The notes: a model not told the origin generated them from the letters alone. A stretch of 64,000 bases of DNA from Candidatus Wolframiiraptor gerlachensis (GCA_021323375.2 JAJPCT020000026.1:1-64000), one strand, 5' to 3'; positions 47,805 to 58,585 are shown, counted from the stretch's first letter. Made by a program: numbers and translations.

Positions 47805-48881
47805 ATGCGCTACATTGTGGTGGATGGCGGGGTTCTCGCGCTAGAGGAGAAACTGGACTTGCTGAGGGAAATTGAGGCGATAATCTTTGACTGCGATGGG
47901 ACTCTCGTAGATGTCTCAACATCATTCCCGCTCGCCGGAAAGATAATAACAGCGATCTACCTCGATCAGCTCCTTGGGATAGAATGCAGGATGGGTGTCG
48001 ATTATGATGAGGTCTTCCAGCTCATGAAGATGCTCGGGGGATTCAATAATATCAGGAACATCATCTCAGTAATCCTTCAGGCGATTTATGTGGAGCTTGG
48101 ATGCCCGGGCCTCGTGAGGAGAGATCTGGGGCCAATAGACTTGAGCCACTACATGAATCGAGTCTCATGGGATAGAAGTAGCCCAAAGCCCCTAGAAAAT
48201 GCTCTTAGATGGCTTATCTCCAGCACGATCCCCCTCCTCGGGGAATATGTGTCTCCGGGGGATGTTGAGGCATTATTGGATAGAAGGGCTGTCTCCCTGC
48301 GAAGGCTGAGGGAATTTAGGGAGCTTATCGGCCCCATATCGCCATACGGCTCCGGAATAATGACAACGCTATTCAGCGAACTATACATCGGATCTGAGGG
48401 GATAAGGAGAAAGTATGGCGTGAATCCAAGATTCTATGAGGGCCCCGGTTTCATAAGGAATGAGAGGCTGATAATCGAGCCGGAAGTGTTGGAGGAGCTC
48501 AGGAAGCTTGCGCCGAGGGGTCTCGCGATATTCTCTGGTAAGGGGCGCTGGGAGGCTGAAAAGATTCTAAGCCCAATCCTCCACTATTTTGATCTTGAGG
48601 CGAGCATTTTTACAGGAGATAATAGCAGGAGGGAGATGGATAAGCCCAATCCAGCAGGACTATTGGAGTGCTGTAAGAGACTCGGTGCCAAGCGAGTGCT
48701 CTATGTCGGCGATGGTGGGGAAGACTACTTCCTAGTCATGAAGGCGAGGGGGAATAACGTCGAGACATGCCTAGCAGCAGTCCTAACGAACAAATACTCA
48801 TACGCCTTCTTCACGAGATGTTCAGCTGACGTGATTCTCGAGAATGTGAATTTTCTGCCCAAATTATTTAAGCGGCCTTAG
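47805..48881 (+). CDS. HAD-superfamily hydrolase with large cap
   Basis: FDCDGTL.D, SG, KPNP, YVGD..ED. Confidence 0.8.
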   Translation: MRYIVVDGGVLALEEKLDLLREIEAIIFDCDGTLVDVSTSFPLAGKIITAIYLDQLLGIECRMGVDYDEVFQLMKMLGGFNNIRNIISVILQAIYVELGCPGLVRRDLGPIDLSHYMNRVSWDRSSPKPLENALRWLISSTIPLLGEYVSPGDVEALLDRRAVSLRRLREFRELIGPISPYGSGIMTTLFSELYIGSEGIRRKYGVNPRFYEGPGFIRNERLIIEPEVLEELRKLAPRGLAIFSGKGRWEAEKILSPILHYFDLEASIFTGDNSRREMDKPNPAGLLECCKRLGAKRVLYVGDGGEDYFLVMKARGNNVETCLAAVLTNKYSYAFFTRCSADVILENVNFLPKLFKRP

Positions 48882-48894
48882 AGCCCTTATAACT

Positions 48895-48976
48895 GCCCCA
48901 CCGCTGCGTTTGGCTCCCCGGAGAGGGGCGCTGAGCCCCAGCCATGATGGGGAGTTGTCGGCGGTGGGGCACATAC
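48895..48976 (+). ncRNA. Single-hairpin box H/ACA guide sRNA candidate
   Basis: Lower stem GCCCCACCGC/GCGGUGGGGC, internal pocket, upper stem GGCUCCCC/GGGGAGUU, K-turn-like GA / AUGA, ACA at 48971-48973 lying 14 nt from the upper stem; TTATTTAA 25-30 nt upstream. Confidence 0.75.
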
Positions 48977-48978
48977 GC

Positions 48979-49797
48979 CTATCTCACGAGCAAGATCATG
49001 GCGGTAATGATAAGTGCTAGGGAGAATATTATCCTCAATGTCGGCGACCTGATTCTCCAAGCAGTGGATGCTCCGAGCTGGGTTCCAGCGATTATCCCGG
49101 GTGCGAGTGCGAGTAGCTCGATAAGCTTCACATGTCCTAGGAGTAGGTGGCCGATGGTCCCGGAGATGGCGGTGAGCGCTATCATTAGCGTTGAGGTCGC
49201 AATGGCCACATGCATGGGAGCTCCGAGATGATATAGCATGGGGACCTTTATGGTGCCGCCGCCCACGCCGAAGAATCCCGAGACGATCCCGGCGAGAAAG
49301 CTTGCAGGGAGGAGCTTCAACAAGTCCACTGAATATGTGAAAAGCTCGCCGCGCGAGTCGCTGAGAACCCTCCTCCAAACAGCGATCCCGTCGCCCCTCC
49401 TAGCCGCTTTCCCGCTAGATTGCGAGTTCTTCCTCAGGATCATTGAGAGCGCTAGGGCGATGAGGAAGATGGAGAATAGTATCTTCAGCGGATCAGGTGC
49501 GATGAGCCCCGTGAGCACCGCTCCTAGAAATGATCCCGGCATCGTCGTGGTCTCAGCGACCAGTGCGAGCCTCCAGTCGAGCCTACCCTGCCTATGATAG
49601 GCGAATGCTGCCAAGAATCCCGTGAAGGGTATAGCGGCCATGCTGGTCCCAATGGCGTGATGGGCGTCGAATCCCGCTAGAAGCATGAGGGCGGGAACGA
49701 TGAGGAAGCCGCCGCCGAGGCCGAGCATTGCGCCGAGAAATCCTGCCAACAACCCCAGCAGGATTAATATGATCAAGTAGATGAGAGCCTCGATCAA
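48979..49797 (-). CDS. TauE/SafE (TSUP) sulfite exporter family permease
   Basis: Repeated G.GGG...VP and A.GTS/AIATS motifs. Confidence 0.92.
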   Translation of the reverse strand: MIEALIYLIILILLGLLAGFLGAMLGLGGGFLIVPALMLLAGFDAHHAIGTSMAAIPFTGFLAAFAYHRQGRLDWRLALVAETTTMPGSFLGAVLTGLIAPDPLKILFSIFLIALALSMILRKNSQSSGKAARRGDGIAVWRRVLSDSRGELFTYSVDLLKLLPASFLAGIVSGFFGVGGGTIKVPMLYHLGAPMHVAIATSTLMIALTAISGTIGHLLLGHVKLIELLALAPGIIAGTQLGASTAWRIRSPTLRIIFSLALIITAMILLVR

Positions 49798-49830
49798 CTT
49801 GATAAATCCCGCCTTAGCCCCTCTAAAGCC

Positions 49831-50922
49831 TTATCGCGTGATCTCTTGGGACTTGACGAACTCGTAGAGCTCTCTTGCACGCGGATCCTTTTCGAAATGC
49901 TCTCGGATGGGCTTTAGGAGCTGGTTTAATGCCTCTGCCACGCCCTCCTTGAGATCTGCTGGATGAAGCCTGCCCTCAACATAATCCTTCTCAAGCTCTT
50001 CATAGGAGTAATACTCGATGGGACCGCCATACTTGCTCGGCCTATCTATATGCAGCTTTCCAAGCTTCCTGAAAATAATGTACTTGGCGTATTCCAGTAT
50101 GGGGTTGTTCTCGGCGGTTCTCGGCGGGCAGTAAGCTCTTCTGATCTTGCTCCTTATCGTTTCCTCATCATCATGGGCGAAGATGCTGGTCTCCGGAATG
50201 CTCTTGCTCATCTTCGACGCTATCTGGAGATTCATCCGAGGATCATCCTCGAATCCCTTAAGCTCAGATGGCCCCTGAAGACCCATGAGCATATGATGAT
50301 GGACTGCCACGGGCTTCTTGAATCCGAGCTTGGGCGCGAGCTCCCTCGCGAGGATATTTGCCCTCCTCTGATCAAGTCCGAGCTGGCATATCTCAACACC
50401 CATATAGAATATGTCCGAGACCTGCATCGCCGGATATATTATCTGGGCCGCCTCCTCCAGCTCCCCAGCAACCCTCCCCATTATCGGGAGAGCCCTCAAT
50501 ATCCTCTTTATCGTCACATTCTTCGCCACCCTTATAACGAGTTTCCAATAGTCGGGATCGGCTGCCAAGTCACTGGCCCAAACGATCTCAACCTTGCTAA
50601 GATCTACTCCAGCAGCCTTCCAGACCTCGAGAAGATATTCCCCAACTCTTCTTATCTTCTCGAGATCACCTCCCATCTTATTGTTTATCATTGCATGCCA
50701 GTCCGCGAGAAGGAGTTTGAACCTGCATCCAGCCTCCAGCAGATCCTCAAGCTTTATGGGCCTTAGTAGGGCGAGGGGTAGATGAGCTAAGCCACTGGGC
50801 TCGAAGCCGTCATACGCTACTGGATGCTCATTTACCTCAAGCAACATCCTGAGCTCCTCCGGCGTGATGACCTCCTCGGTCGGCGGCCGCATTATGAGCT
50901 TCATCCTCGTCTCCAGATCCAT
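49831..50922 (-). CDS. tyrS: Tyrosine--tRNA ligase
   Basis: YDGFEPSG..H, YP.MQ..DI, G.DQR, KMSKS, LHP.DLK. Confidence 0.96.
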   Translation of the reverse strand: MDLETRMKLIMRPPTEEVITPEELRMLLEVNEHPVAYDGFEPSGLAHLPLALLRPIKLEDLLEAGCRFKLLLADWHAMINNKMGGDLEKIRRVGEYLLEVWKAAGVDLSKVEIVWASDLAADPDYWKLVIRVAKNVTIKRILRALPIMGRVAGELEEAAQIIYPAMQVSDIFYMGVEICQLGLDQRRANILARELAPKLGFKKPVAVHHHMLMGLQGPSELKGFEDDPRMNLQIASKMSKSIPETSIFAHDDEETIRSKIRRAYCPPRTAENNPILEYAKYIIFRKLGKLHIDRPSKYGGPIEYYSYEELEKDYVEGRLHPADLKEGVAEALNQLLKPIREHFEKDPRARELYEFVKSQEITR

Positions 50923-51252
50923 TTTAGCCCCCAGTAACCCGACTAAAAGCCTAGAGAAAAATATGCCTTCCTACGGCCCAGTGGAGGGGTTATTCTCTTT
51001 TAGGAGTATTGCCAGCTATGGCCAAAGACCGGGCATGACGGAGAAAAAGCCTGCTCAACCAGTCCTAGGCGAAAAACAAGCCTTCCCGGAGCCCTTTCCA
51101 TAAAGCCTCCTCCTAAGATCGTTTCACCACGCTGAAGATCTTCGATTCAAGTCCACTTATTTTCCTCACGCGATGATAGGCTCATTCCGGAGATCACCTC
51201 AACCCTTAAATCAATCGAGTGGCTTGAAGATGTAATTGGGGAGTATAGAAAG

Positions 51253-53940
51253 TTGAAGGATAACTCAAGAAAATTAGAGTTCCCGGTTAAGAAGGTCATT
51301 AAGCGAGATGGAAGAATAGTCGACTTTGACCCGACTAGGATACGTGAAGCTATAAGAAAGGCGATGGTCCACGTCAACCGCTATGACGAGGAGAGTCTGA
51401 ACAAAGTCGTCGAATACGTCTTGAAGATAATCGCGGAGAAATATGGGGCCGAGAAGATACCACATGTCGAGGAGATACAAGATATAGTCGAGCTAAGCCT
51501 CGTAAAATTCGACCTCTACGAGGTCGCGAAGGCGTACATCCTATACAGAAAGGAGAGGGAGAGGATTAGAGAAGAGAAGAAGAGAATACTTGAGAAGGAT
51601 CATGTTGATGAGGTTGACAAGGCCTTTAGCCTTAATGCCCTCCGTCTTATGGCAAGTAGATATCTCCTGAGGGATGAGAGCGGCAGGCTGAGGGAGACGC
51701 CGAAGCAGATGTTCCAGAGAGTTGCAGCCCTAATAGTCATCCCAGACATACTCCATGATCCCCGGATCTTTGATAGAGACTTCGGCCAGAAGGAGCATCC
51801 ACAAGAGGACTTCGACTCAGTGAAATATGAGGGGAGGCTAGGCCTCGGCAAGAAGCCGGATGGATCATTTGAGGTAACTTGGAATAGATGGCACCTAGAA
51901 CGAATGAAGTATCTCTATGATGAGTTGAACCGGGAGAGGGCAATGAAGGTCTCTTGGAGCGAATTCCTCAAGATGCTCGAGGCGGGCGAGTTCGAGGGCT
52001 ACTACGAGAACTTCCTCCAATACTATCAGCTTATGGTGAGCAAGAGGTTTATCCCGAATAGCCCAACACTCTTCAACGCTGGCACAAGGCTGGGCCAGCT
52101 CAGCGCGTGCTTCGTCCTACACATAGACGATAACCTAGAGTCGATAATGGATGCCGCGAAGCATGCAGCCCTAATATTCAAGTCGGGTGGAGGCGTAGGC
52201 ATAAACTACTCCAGGCTAAGGCCTGAGGGGGACATCGTCTTCTCAACATTCGGCGTTGCATCAGGCCCAGTCTCATTCATGAGAATAATAGACACCGTGA
52301 CAGATGTGGTTAAGCAGGGCGGGAAGAGGCGTGGAGCAAACATGGGGATACTCGAGATATGGCACCCCGACATCGAGACATTCATAAAGGCGAAGGAGCG
52401 GGAGGGCTTCCTCGAGAACTTCAACATATCCGTCCTGATCACGCCGGACTTCTGGGAACATTATGAGCAGGGCAAACCATACCCGCTAAGAAACCCAAGG
52501 GATGGAAAGATCTGGAGAACCATAGACCCGGCAAGGCTACTCAGAACAATCGCCGAGATGGCATGGAAGACAGGCGATCCAGGCGTCCTCTTTCAAGATA
52601 ACATGAACAAACACAACATATTCTTAGAGAAACTCGGGCCCATAAGATCGACGAATCCATGTGGCGAACAGCCGCTTTACCCGTTTGAGTCCTGCAATCT
52701 TGGGAGCGTGAATGTTTACGCATTTGTTAGGCATGGTGAGTCGGGGCCGTATTTTGATTGGGATGGGCTTGCGGAGACTGTGAGGCTTGCTGTCAGGTTC
52801 CTCGACAACGTGATAGATGTGAACAAGTATCCGTTGAAACAGATAGAATATAGGACGAAGAGGTCAAGGAGGATAGGTCTCGGCGTCATGGGGGTTGCGG
52901 ATGCATTATTCGCGCTCAGGATACCGTATAACAGTGAGGAGGGCTTCCGCTTCATGAGCAGGCTCGCGGAGTTTATTGCCTATCACGCCTATCTCGCAAG
53001 CGTTGAGCTCGCCAAGGAGCGCGGCCCATTCCCGCTCTACTGGGACTCGGCATACCCGAAGGGAGAGCTCCCGATCGAGGGATTCTATCATCCCGAGGAG
53101 TGGACATTGAACTGGAATAAGCTTGTCGAGGAGATAAAGAAGCATGGGATAAGGAATAGCCACGTAACCACGATCGCGCCGACAGGCAGCATCTCGATGC
53201 TCGTCGACGTCTCATCCGGGCTGGAGCCGCAGTTCGCCCTAGTATATGAGAAGCGCGTAACCGTTGGAACATTCTACTACGTAGACATAGAGTTTGAGAG
53301 GCAGTTGAAGGAGCGTGGCCTCCTGAATGACGTCATACTAAAGAAGGTGGCTGAGAATGGTGGATCCGTTCAGGGCATCGAGGAGATCCCGGAGGATATG
53401 AGGAGGGTCTTTCTTGTCGCCTATGATATACCTTGGTGGGATCATGTTAGGGCACAATACGAGTTCCAGAAGTGGGTTGATGCATCGGTCAGCAAGACAA
53501 TAAACATGCCAGCATGGGTTACGGTTGATGATGTCCTGAAGGCATATCTCTTTGCCTATAAGCTTGGGCTGAAGGGTATAACAATCTACAGGGATACATC
53601 TAAGTCCGCGCAGGTTTTGGTCACGCCGACGCAAAGGCTCTCAAAATACATCGCCCTAACCCCCAACAAGACTCTCGAGCTCATGAGGTCACTCGGGATC
53701 GAGCCACCCGCCGTTAGCGTCCAAGAGGTAGATGATGTCGAGCGTAAGAAGAGGGTACTCCAAGTAGCGTATGCGGGTGGAGAACATGCGGAGATAGAGG
53801 TTGAGAAAGCCGTCAGCAGTAAATCGGTCAAGAAGGAGCCATATGAGAGATGCCCCGAATGTGGAAGCCCGAACCTCATCTATCAAGAAGGCTGCGTTAA
53901 GTGTATGGACTGCGGGTGGACAAGCTGCCTAGTCACCTAG
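51253..53940 (+). CDS. nrdJ: Adenosylcobalamin-dependent (class II) ribonucleotide reductase with ATP cone and C-terminal Zn ribbon
   Basis: VIKRDG ATP cone, PNSPTL.NAG, SACF, TNPCGEQ, CNLGS, APTGS.S, CPEC..CMDC..SC; no intein. Confidence 0.95.
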   Translation: MKDNSRKLEFPVKKVIKRDGRIVDFDPTRIREAIRKAMVHVNRYDEESLNKVVEYVLKIIAEKYGAEKIPHVEEIQDIVELSLVKFDLYEVAKAYILYRKERERIREEKKRILEKDHVDEVDKAFSLNALRLMASRYLLRDESGRLRETPKQMFQRVAALIVIPDILHDPRIFDRDFGQKEHPQEDFDSVKYEGRLGLGKKPDGSFEVTWNRWHLERMKYLYDELNRERAMKVSWSEFLKMLEAGEFEGYYENFLQYYQLMVSKRFIPNSPTLFNAGTRLGQLSACFVLHIDDNLESIMDAAKHAALIFKSGGGVGINYSRLRPEGDIVFSTFGVASGPVSFMRIIDTVTDVVKQGGKRRGANMGILEIWHPDIETFIKAKEREGFLENFNISVLITPDFWEHYEQGKPYPLRNPRDGKIWRTIDPARLLRTIAEMAWKTGDPGVLFQDNMNKHNIFLEKLGPIRSTNPCGEQPLYPFESCNLGSVNVYAFVRHGESGPYFDWDGLAETVRLAVRFLDNVIDVNKYPLKQIEYRTKRSRRIGLGVMGVADALFALRIPYNSEEGFRFMSRLAEFIAYHAYLASVELAKERGPFPLYWDSAYPKGELPIEGFYHPEEWTLNWNKLVEEIKKHGIRNSHVTTIAPTGSISMLVDVSSGLEPQFALVYEKRVTVGTFYYVDIEFERQLKERGLLNDVILKKVAENGGSVQGIEEIPEDMRRVFLVAYDIPWWDHVRAQYEFQKWVDASVSKTINMPAWVTVDDVLKAYLFAYKLGLKGITIYRDTSKSAQVLVTPTQRLSKYIALTPNKTLELMRSLGIEPPAVSVQEVDDVERKKRVLQVAYAGGEHAEIEVEKAVSSKSVKKEPYERCPECGSPNLIYQEGCVKCMDCGWTSCLVT

Positions 53941-54003
53941 AATTTGAGAATAAACTCGTAATCGCTAATAAGTGGATGGCGCGGGATCAGGCTAGGAGCA
54001 TCC

Positions 54004-55095
54004 ATGAGTAAGCAGATCTATGCCTCTGACAAGATAAAGCAGGCTGTGCTCGAGCGCCTCAAGAAACTTGGAGAGCGTGTTGTATCCGACTTGGAAAGGG
54101 GGGCCTTCCCGAGGCTCGAGATCCCGGCGAGAACTACCTCAAACATAGTGTATGATGAGAGGTTGAGACAGTATGTGCTCGGGAGCAGGAGGATGGAGAG
54201 AACCGCGAGGAATGTCCGGCACCTGAGGCCATTTGCCCAGCTCCTCTGGATAGCCGCATTCGCCAAGCAGCTCATCCAGCGGGGTAAAACATCAACGCTC
54301 AGGGACACCTACTACGTCGCGATAGGCGAGGGAATAGACTTCGAGGATCAAGATGAGAGCGATGAGCTGATAATGCAGCTTGAATCAATCTTAGACTTCC
54401 CGAGAGAGGACTTCAATATATTCCCGGAGGAGAGGGCGTCAATATACGGGGATCTCGTGATAGAGTATACGGTGCCGGGCTTCCGTGGAAAGAGGATAGA
54501 TCTCTCAGCGCATCCTGATGGTTTCGCCATAGGCCCGGCGCTGACGACAGCCGAGTTCGTCAAGTGCGGAGCCGAGCAGGTCTTCGTGATAGAGAAGGGC
54601 GCGGTCTTCGCGAGATTCGTAGAAGAGGGAGCTGACAAGAAATACAAGGCGATACTGATACATACGGCGGGCCAGTCGCCAAGAAATTGTAGGAAGCTGA
54701 TAAGACGTCTTCACGATGAGCTGAACCTGCCGATATACGTCTTCACGGATGCGGATCCATGGGGAGTCCACATCGCGAGCGTCCTTATACATGGCTCAGC
54801 TCTCAGCGCCCACATAAAGGAGATAAACGTGCCTGATGCGGTCTGGGCGGGGGTGTGGCCCAGCGACATAAGAAGATACAAGCTCCCATCCATGAAACTC
54901 TCCGAACGCGATATCAAGCGGATCCAGGAGCTCGAGAATGATCCAAGATATCAGAATGACCCGTGGAGGAGGGAGATAAAGGAGTTCTGGAAGATTAAGA
55001 GGAAGGCGGAGCTGGAGGCATTCAGCAGATATGGCCTCGAGTTCATAGTGGAGGAGTTCCTGCCTGAGAGACTTGCAGAGCTCCAGAAACGCTAA
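54004..55095 (+). CDS. top6A: DNA topoisomerase VI subunit A
   Basis: STLRD.YY catalytic Tyr, Q.ESD, IEK, TDADPWG, KAELEAF. Confidence 0.95.
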   Translation: MSKQIYASDKIKQAVLERLKKLGERVVSDLERGAFPRLEIPARTTSNIVYDERLRQYVLGSRRMERTARNVRHLRPFAQLLWIAAFAKQLIQRGKTSTLRDTYYVAIGEGIDFEDQDESDELIMQLESILDFPREDFNIFPEERASIYGDLVIEYTVPGFRGKRIDLSAHPDGFAIGPALTTAEFVKCGAEQVFVIEKGAVFARFVEEGADKKYKAILIHTAGQSPRNCRKLIRRLHDELNLPIYVFTDADPWGVHIASVLIHGSALSAHIKEINVPDAVWAGVWPSDIRRYKLPSMKLSERDIKRIQELENDPRYQNDPWRREIKEFWKIKRKAELEAFSRYGLEFIVEEFLPERLAELQKR

Positions 55096-55129
55096 AGAGG
55101 GAAAATAGCTATACGCATTGATTTCAAGT

Positions 55130-55980
55130 TTACCTGACCGAAGCCCATGCGTAAGGCCTCTGATCAAGTATTTCTGGATCGCTATTGCCAACACTATCAC
55201 CGGTATTGAGATTATTACTCCGGCGGCGGCTAGTGGTCCCCAGAGGATCCCATACTGGTTGGAGAAGTAGGCGGCGAAGACCGTCAATGGCATGGCAGCC
55301 TCTCCAGGCGCTAGAAGCAGCGGTATCAGGAACTCCGCCCAGCTGAATAGGAAGGCGAATATTGCCGCGGTTGCCAGCCCACCCGAAGCCTGCGGCAAGA
55401 CGATCTTATAGAATACCTGCCACTCATTACATCCATCAAGCATCGCCGCCTCCTCAGTCTCCTTTGGGACACTCTTAAGAGCGCCTATCATGAACCATGT
55501 CGTTATCGGGAGCGTCACCAGCGGGTAGACTAGTACAAGGCCTCCGAGCGTGTTGTAGAGCCCAACGGTTCTTGTTAAGACGACGAGGGGGTATAGTATG
55601 GCGACCGCCGGTATCATTCTCAGGCTTAGAATCCAGTTGGCGAATGCTGATCCGCCGGCACGGTATCTAAGTATCGCGTAAGCTGTCATCGCGCCAAGGA
55701 TGCATGTTACAAGCGATACGCAGATTGATACAATCAGGCTATTCATCAGATACCGGCCTATTGGCGGGAAATGTCCTCTAACGCCATAGATCCCGCCCGT
55801 GACAAGCACCTCGAAGTAGTTCCTGAGCGTCGGCTCCCTAGGTATGAGCTCGGGAGTCGCCCACTCGCCTATAGGCTTGAAGGATGTGGCGATCATCCAT
55901 ATAAATGGTGTCAGGTATGCGATGCATAGTAGCCAGCAGGCAAGAGTGACGATGATAGTGAGTATATGGGTTCTCCTCAT
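55130..55980 (-). CDS. Carbohydrate ABC permease (MalG-like); 3' end probably frameshifted
   Basis: EEAA.LDG motif, W.EFL, QKYLIRGLT; as read, the ORF runs on to 54796 antisense to top6A. Confidence 0.85.
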
Positions 55981-55984
55981 TCTC

Positions 55985-56878
55985 TCACCCCCATATTATC
56001 TTCTCAACCTTGAATAGTCTCATGAGGGTCATCATGACTAGTGTTATGGCCATTGCGAGCAGGATTACGGAGAGGAGGGCGGCATAGCCGATATTTGCCT
56101 TAGCAGCTGTTAGTGTGAACCCGACCTTGTATATGTAGAATGGCAGCGTCGTCGTGATGTTTCCCGGGCCTCCGAAGGTCAGCATATAGATTATGTCGAA
56201 GATCCTCAGGGAGTCTATTAGTCGTAGTAGGGCTATCACCATTATAACCGTCTTCGCCATCGGAAGGACTATGTGCCTTAATAGGCTCAAACCCGTCGCG
56301 CCATCGAGGGAGGCGGCCTCCCGTATATCGGCGGGAACGCTTTCAATACCACTAGCGACAGCTAGCATAACGAAGGGAGTCCACTGCCATATATCCAGAA
56401 CAGCCAGAACGAAAATTACGTTGAATGGATCGCCGAATGGTGCGCTGAGCCATGGCTGCGGGAGCAATCCAACAGACTGGAGGAAAGCATTCAGCGGCCC
56501 GTATGTAAAGAAGATCATCTTCCAGTTCAAGCCTACTATTACGGCAGGTATGCTCATCGGGATCAGCATTAATGATCTTATGAGGATCTTCCCCTGAAGA
56601 TATCTTGATGTGAAGATTATCGCCAGCAGTACCCCCAGCCCAACCTGAGTCGGGACAGTAATCGCTGTCAGGAGAAACATGATCCCAATAGCATACCATG
56701 CTTCAGGATCATTTGCGAATGTCATGAAATTATCAAGGCCCGCGAATCTCGGAGCGAAGTCAACTAATGGGTTAAAGCTCTGAAACATCATGTAATAGAG
56801 GTAGATTGTTGGATAGATCGTCAACATCAGCAGAAGAATTAGCGCGGGCAGTATCAAGGGAAGCACGCCACGCCTCAT
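55985..56878 (-). CDS. Carbohydrate ABC permease (MalF-like)
   Basis: G..NF, D.WQWTPF, EAA.LDGA, FD.IY.LT.GGPG. Confidence 0.92.
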   Translation of the reverse strand: MRRGVLPLILPALILLLMLTIYPTIYLYYMMFQSFNPLVDFAPRFAGLDNFMTFANDPEAWYAIGIMFLLTAITVPTQVGLGVLLAIIFTSRYLQGKILIRSLMLIPMSIPAVIVGLNWKMIFFTYGPLNAFLQSVGLLPQPWLSAPFGDPFNVIFVLAVLDIWQWTPFVMLAVASGIESVPADIREAASLDGATGLSLLRHIVLPMAKTVIMVIALLRLIDSLRIFDIIYMLTFGGPGNITTTLPFYIYKVGFTLTAAKANIGYAALLSVILLAMAITLVMMTLMRLFKVEKIIWG

Positions 56879-56990
56879 TTTCTCAACACTATGCAGTTTT
56901 AGTGAATTATTCCTCATTTAAAGATTTGCGAGAACTATATTAGACGGAATGAAAAGCCTTATAAGCTTCCGAGAAATTATGATAATTGCT

Positions 56991-58496
56991 ATGTCCCGTG
57001 AAAAAGAACCTCATCCACTCTTTAATGAAAAGATATCGAGAAGGGAGGCGCTCTCTAGGGCGGCTAAGATCGCTATCGCGGCTGGAGTAGCTGCAGTGGC
57101 GGCTGGTGTCGGCGGCTATCTGGGCTGGCAGTATCTCGCAAAGCCTAAGGCGAAGATTCGTGTTGTCGCGATCGCGCACGCCGCCCCAGGCATGAAGGCT
57201 GTTGCCGAGGAGGACTTCATGAAAGCTTACCCGAATATTGAGGTTGAAACACTTCTATTCGACTGGGAGACTGGTAGGGACAGGCAGCTTCATGAATTCG
57301 CAACACGCGCGGGCGAATATGATGTCGTAATGTGGGACTGCATTTACACCGGCGCGTTCGCGCCCCACTGTTATCCGATTGATGAGCTAAGGGCAAAGTA
57401 CCCAGATGCCGAGATCTTCAAGGATTACGGCGACTTCCTTCCAACCATTGATAGGAGATACATGCAGTGGGAGGGCAGGAGAATAGGATATGTGATCTGC
57501 GCGAACGTCATGGCAATGTTCTATCGAAAGGATCTCTGGGAGGATCCAAGGATCAAGGATATGTATAGGAAGTGGATAGACAAGAACCTCGCAGACCTGC
57601 AGGCCAAGGCTCCTGAGATAGGTCTCGACCCAAAGAAGATACCAACAGAGCTGAAGGTCCCAACCGTGCTAGAGGATGTCTATGCCATTGGAAGGTTCTT
57701 CACTAGGAAGTTTAACCCCGACTCACCAGTTGAGGCTGGCAACACGATAATGGCGATGAGGACGCATACGATCCACTGGGAGTATGCTTGGCTCTTTGCT
57801 CAGTGGAGGAACTCGCCGGAGGGCAAGGCGAAGTGCGGCGAACTCAAGGAGCCATGGGGAGGCCTCTTCACGGAAGATGGCAGGATAGCATTCGACCCCG
57901 ATGTCACTGACATGGGCGTTAAGGTGCTAAAGATGTTTAAGGAGTTCTGCGAATACGTGCCAAACCCGATGCAGACCGAGTGGTCAGAATGCATGGAGCT
58001 GCTCGGCAGAGGCCATGCAGCAATGTGGGCCGGATCATGGGCCTCAACATTCATAGACTTTATCGAGAAGGCTCCTGAGGAGTACCCGGAGACTGCTGGT
58101 AAGATCTGGGTGGCCCCGGCACCGGGAGTCCCGATAGATGGAACATGGCAGGTTGGTGTTAACAGGTACTCGAAGTACCCGAAGGAGGCTTGGCTCTACT
58201 GCCAGTACCTCGTGCTCCGCGAGTCAGCGATAAAGCAGTGGAAGGTCTCATCCTCATTCCCAGGCCGCCGCTCCGTGATAGAGGAGCTCGCACCACAGTA
58301 TCCAGGCATATTCAAGGAGGTCTTCCTAGACTCACTACTCAGAGCCGACTTCAGGAACTATGTCCCAGAGAACCCGATGCTCGAGGACTCAATAGCCAAG
58401 TGGGTCACAGAATACGTGGCCGGCAGAATCGACGCCGAGACAGCCATACGCGAACTAACAAAGGAGTGGAAGAGCATTCTCAAGCTCTCCTACTAG
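56991..58496 (+). CDS. Carbohydrate ABC substrate-binding protein with twin-arginine signal
   Basis: ISRREAL + hydrophobic anchor; YDVV, MFYRKDL, W..GVN..S..P.EAW. Confidence 0.88.
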   Translation: MSREKEPHPLFNEKISRREALSRAAKIAIAAGVAAVAAGVGGYLGWQYLAKPKAKIRVVAIAHAAPGMKAVAEEDFMKAYPNIEVETLLFDWETGRDRQLHEFATRAGEYDVVMWDCIYTGAFAPHCYPIDELRAKYPDAEIFKDYGDFLPTIDRRYMQWEGRRIGYVICANVMAMFYRKDLWEDPRIKDMYRKWIDKNLADLQAKAPEIGLDPKKIPTELKVPTVLEDVYAIGRFFTRKFNPDSPVEAGNTIMAMRTHTIHWEYAWLFAQWRNSPEGKAKCGELKEPWGGLFTEDGRIAFDPDVTDMGVKVLKMFKEFCEYVPNPMQTEWSECMELLGRGHAAMWAGSWASTFIDFIEKAPEEYPETAGKIWVAPAPGVPIDGTWQVGVNRYSKYPKEAWLYCQYLVLRESAIKQWKVSSSFPGRRSVIEELAPQYPGIFKEVFLDSLLRADFRNYVPENPMLEDSIAKWVTEYVAGRIDAETAIRELTKEWKSILKLSY

Positions 58497-58585
58497 CTCC
58501 ACAAATTCTCTCCCCCATTTTTCTCTTTTTTGAAGGGGGGCTTAAGCTAAATACGCCTTGTGGTGATTCTTAGGCTGGCTGAGGA

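Noticed and set aside
49963-50766. 267-aa plus-strand ORF
   Set aside because: Antisense shadow of tyrS with no recognisable motifs
29482-53940. Inteins in radA or nrdJ; cobalamin riboswitch upstream of nrdJ
   Set aside because: Protein lengths and motifs are continuous; no B12-box features seen in 50923-51252
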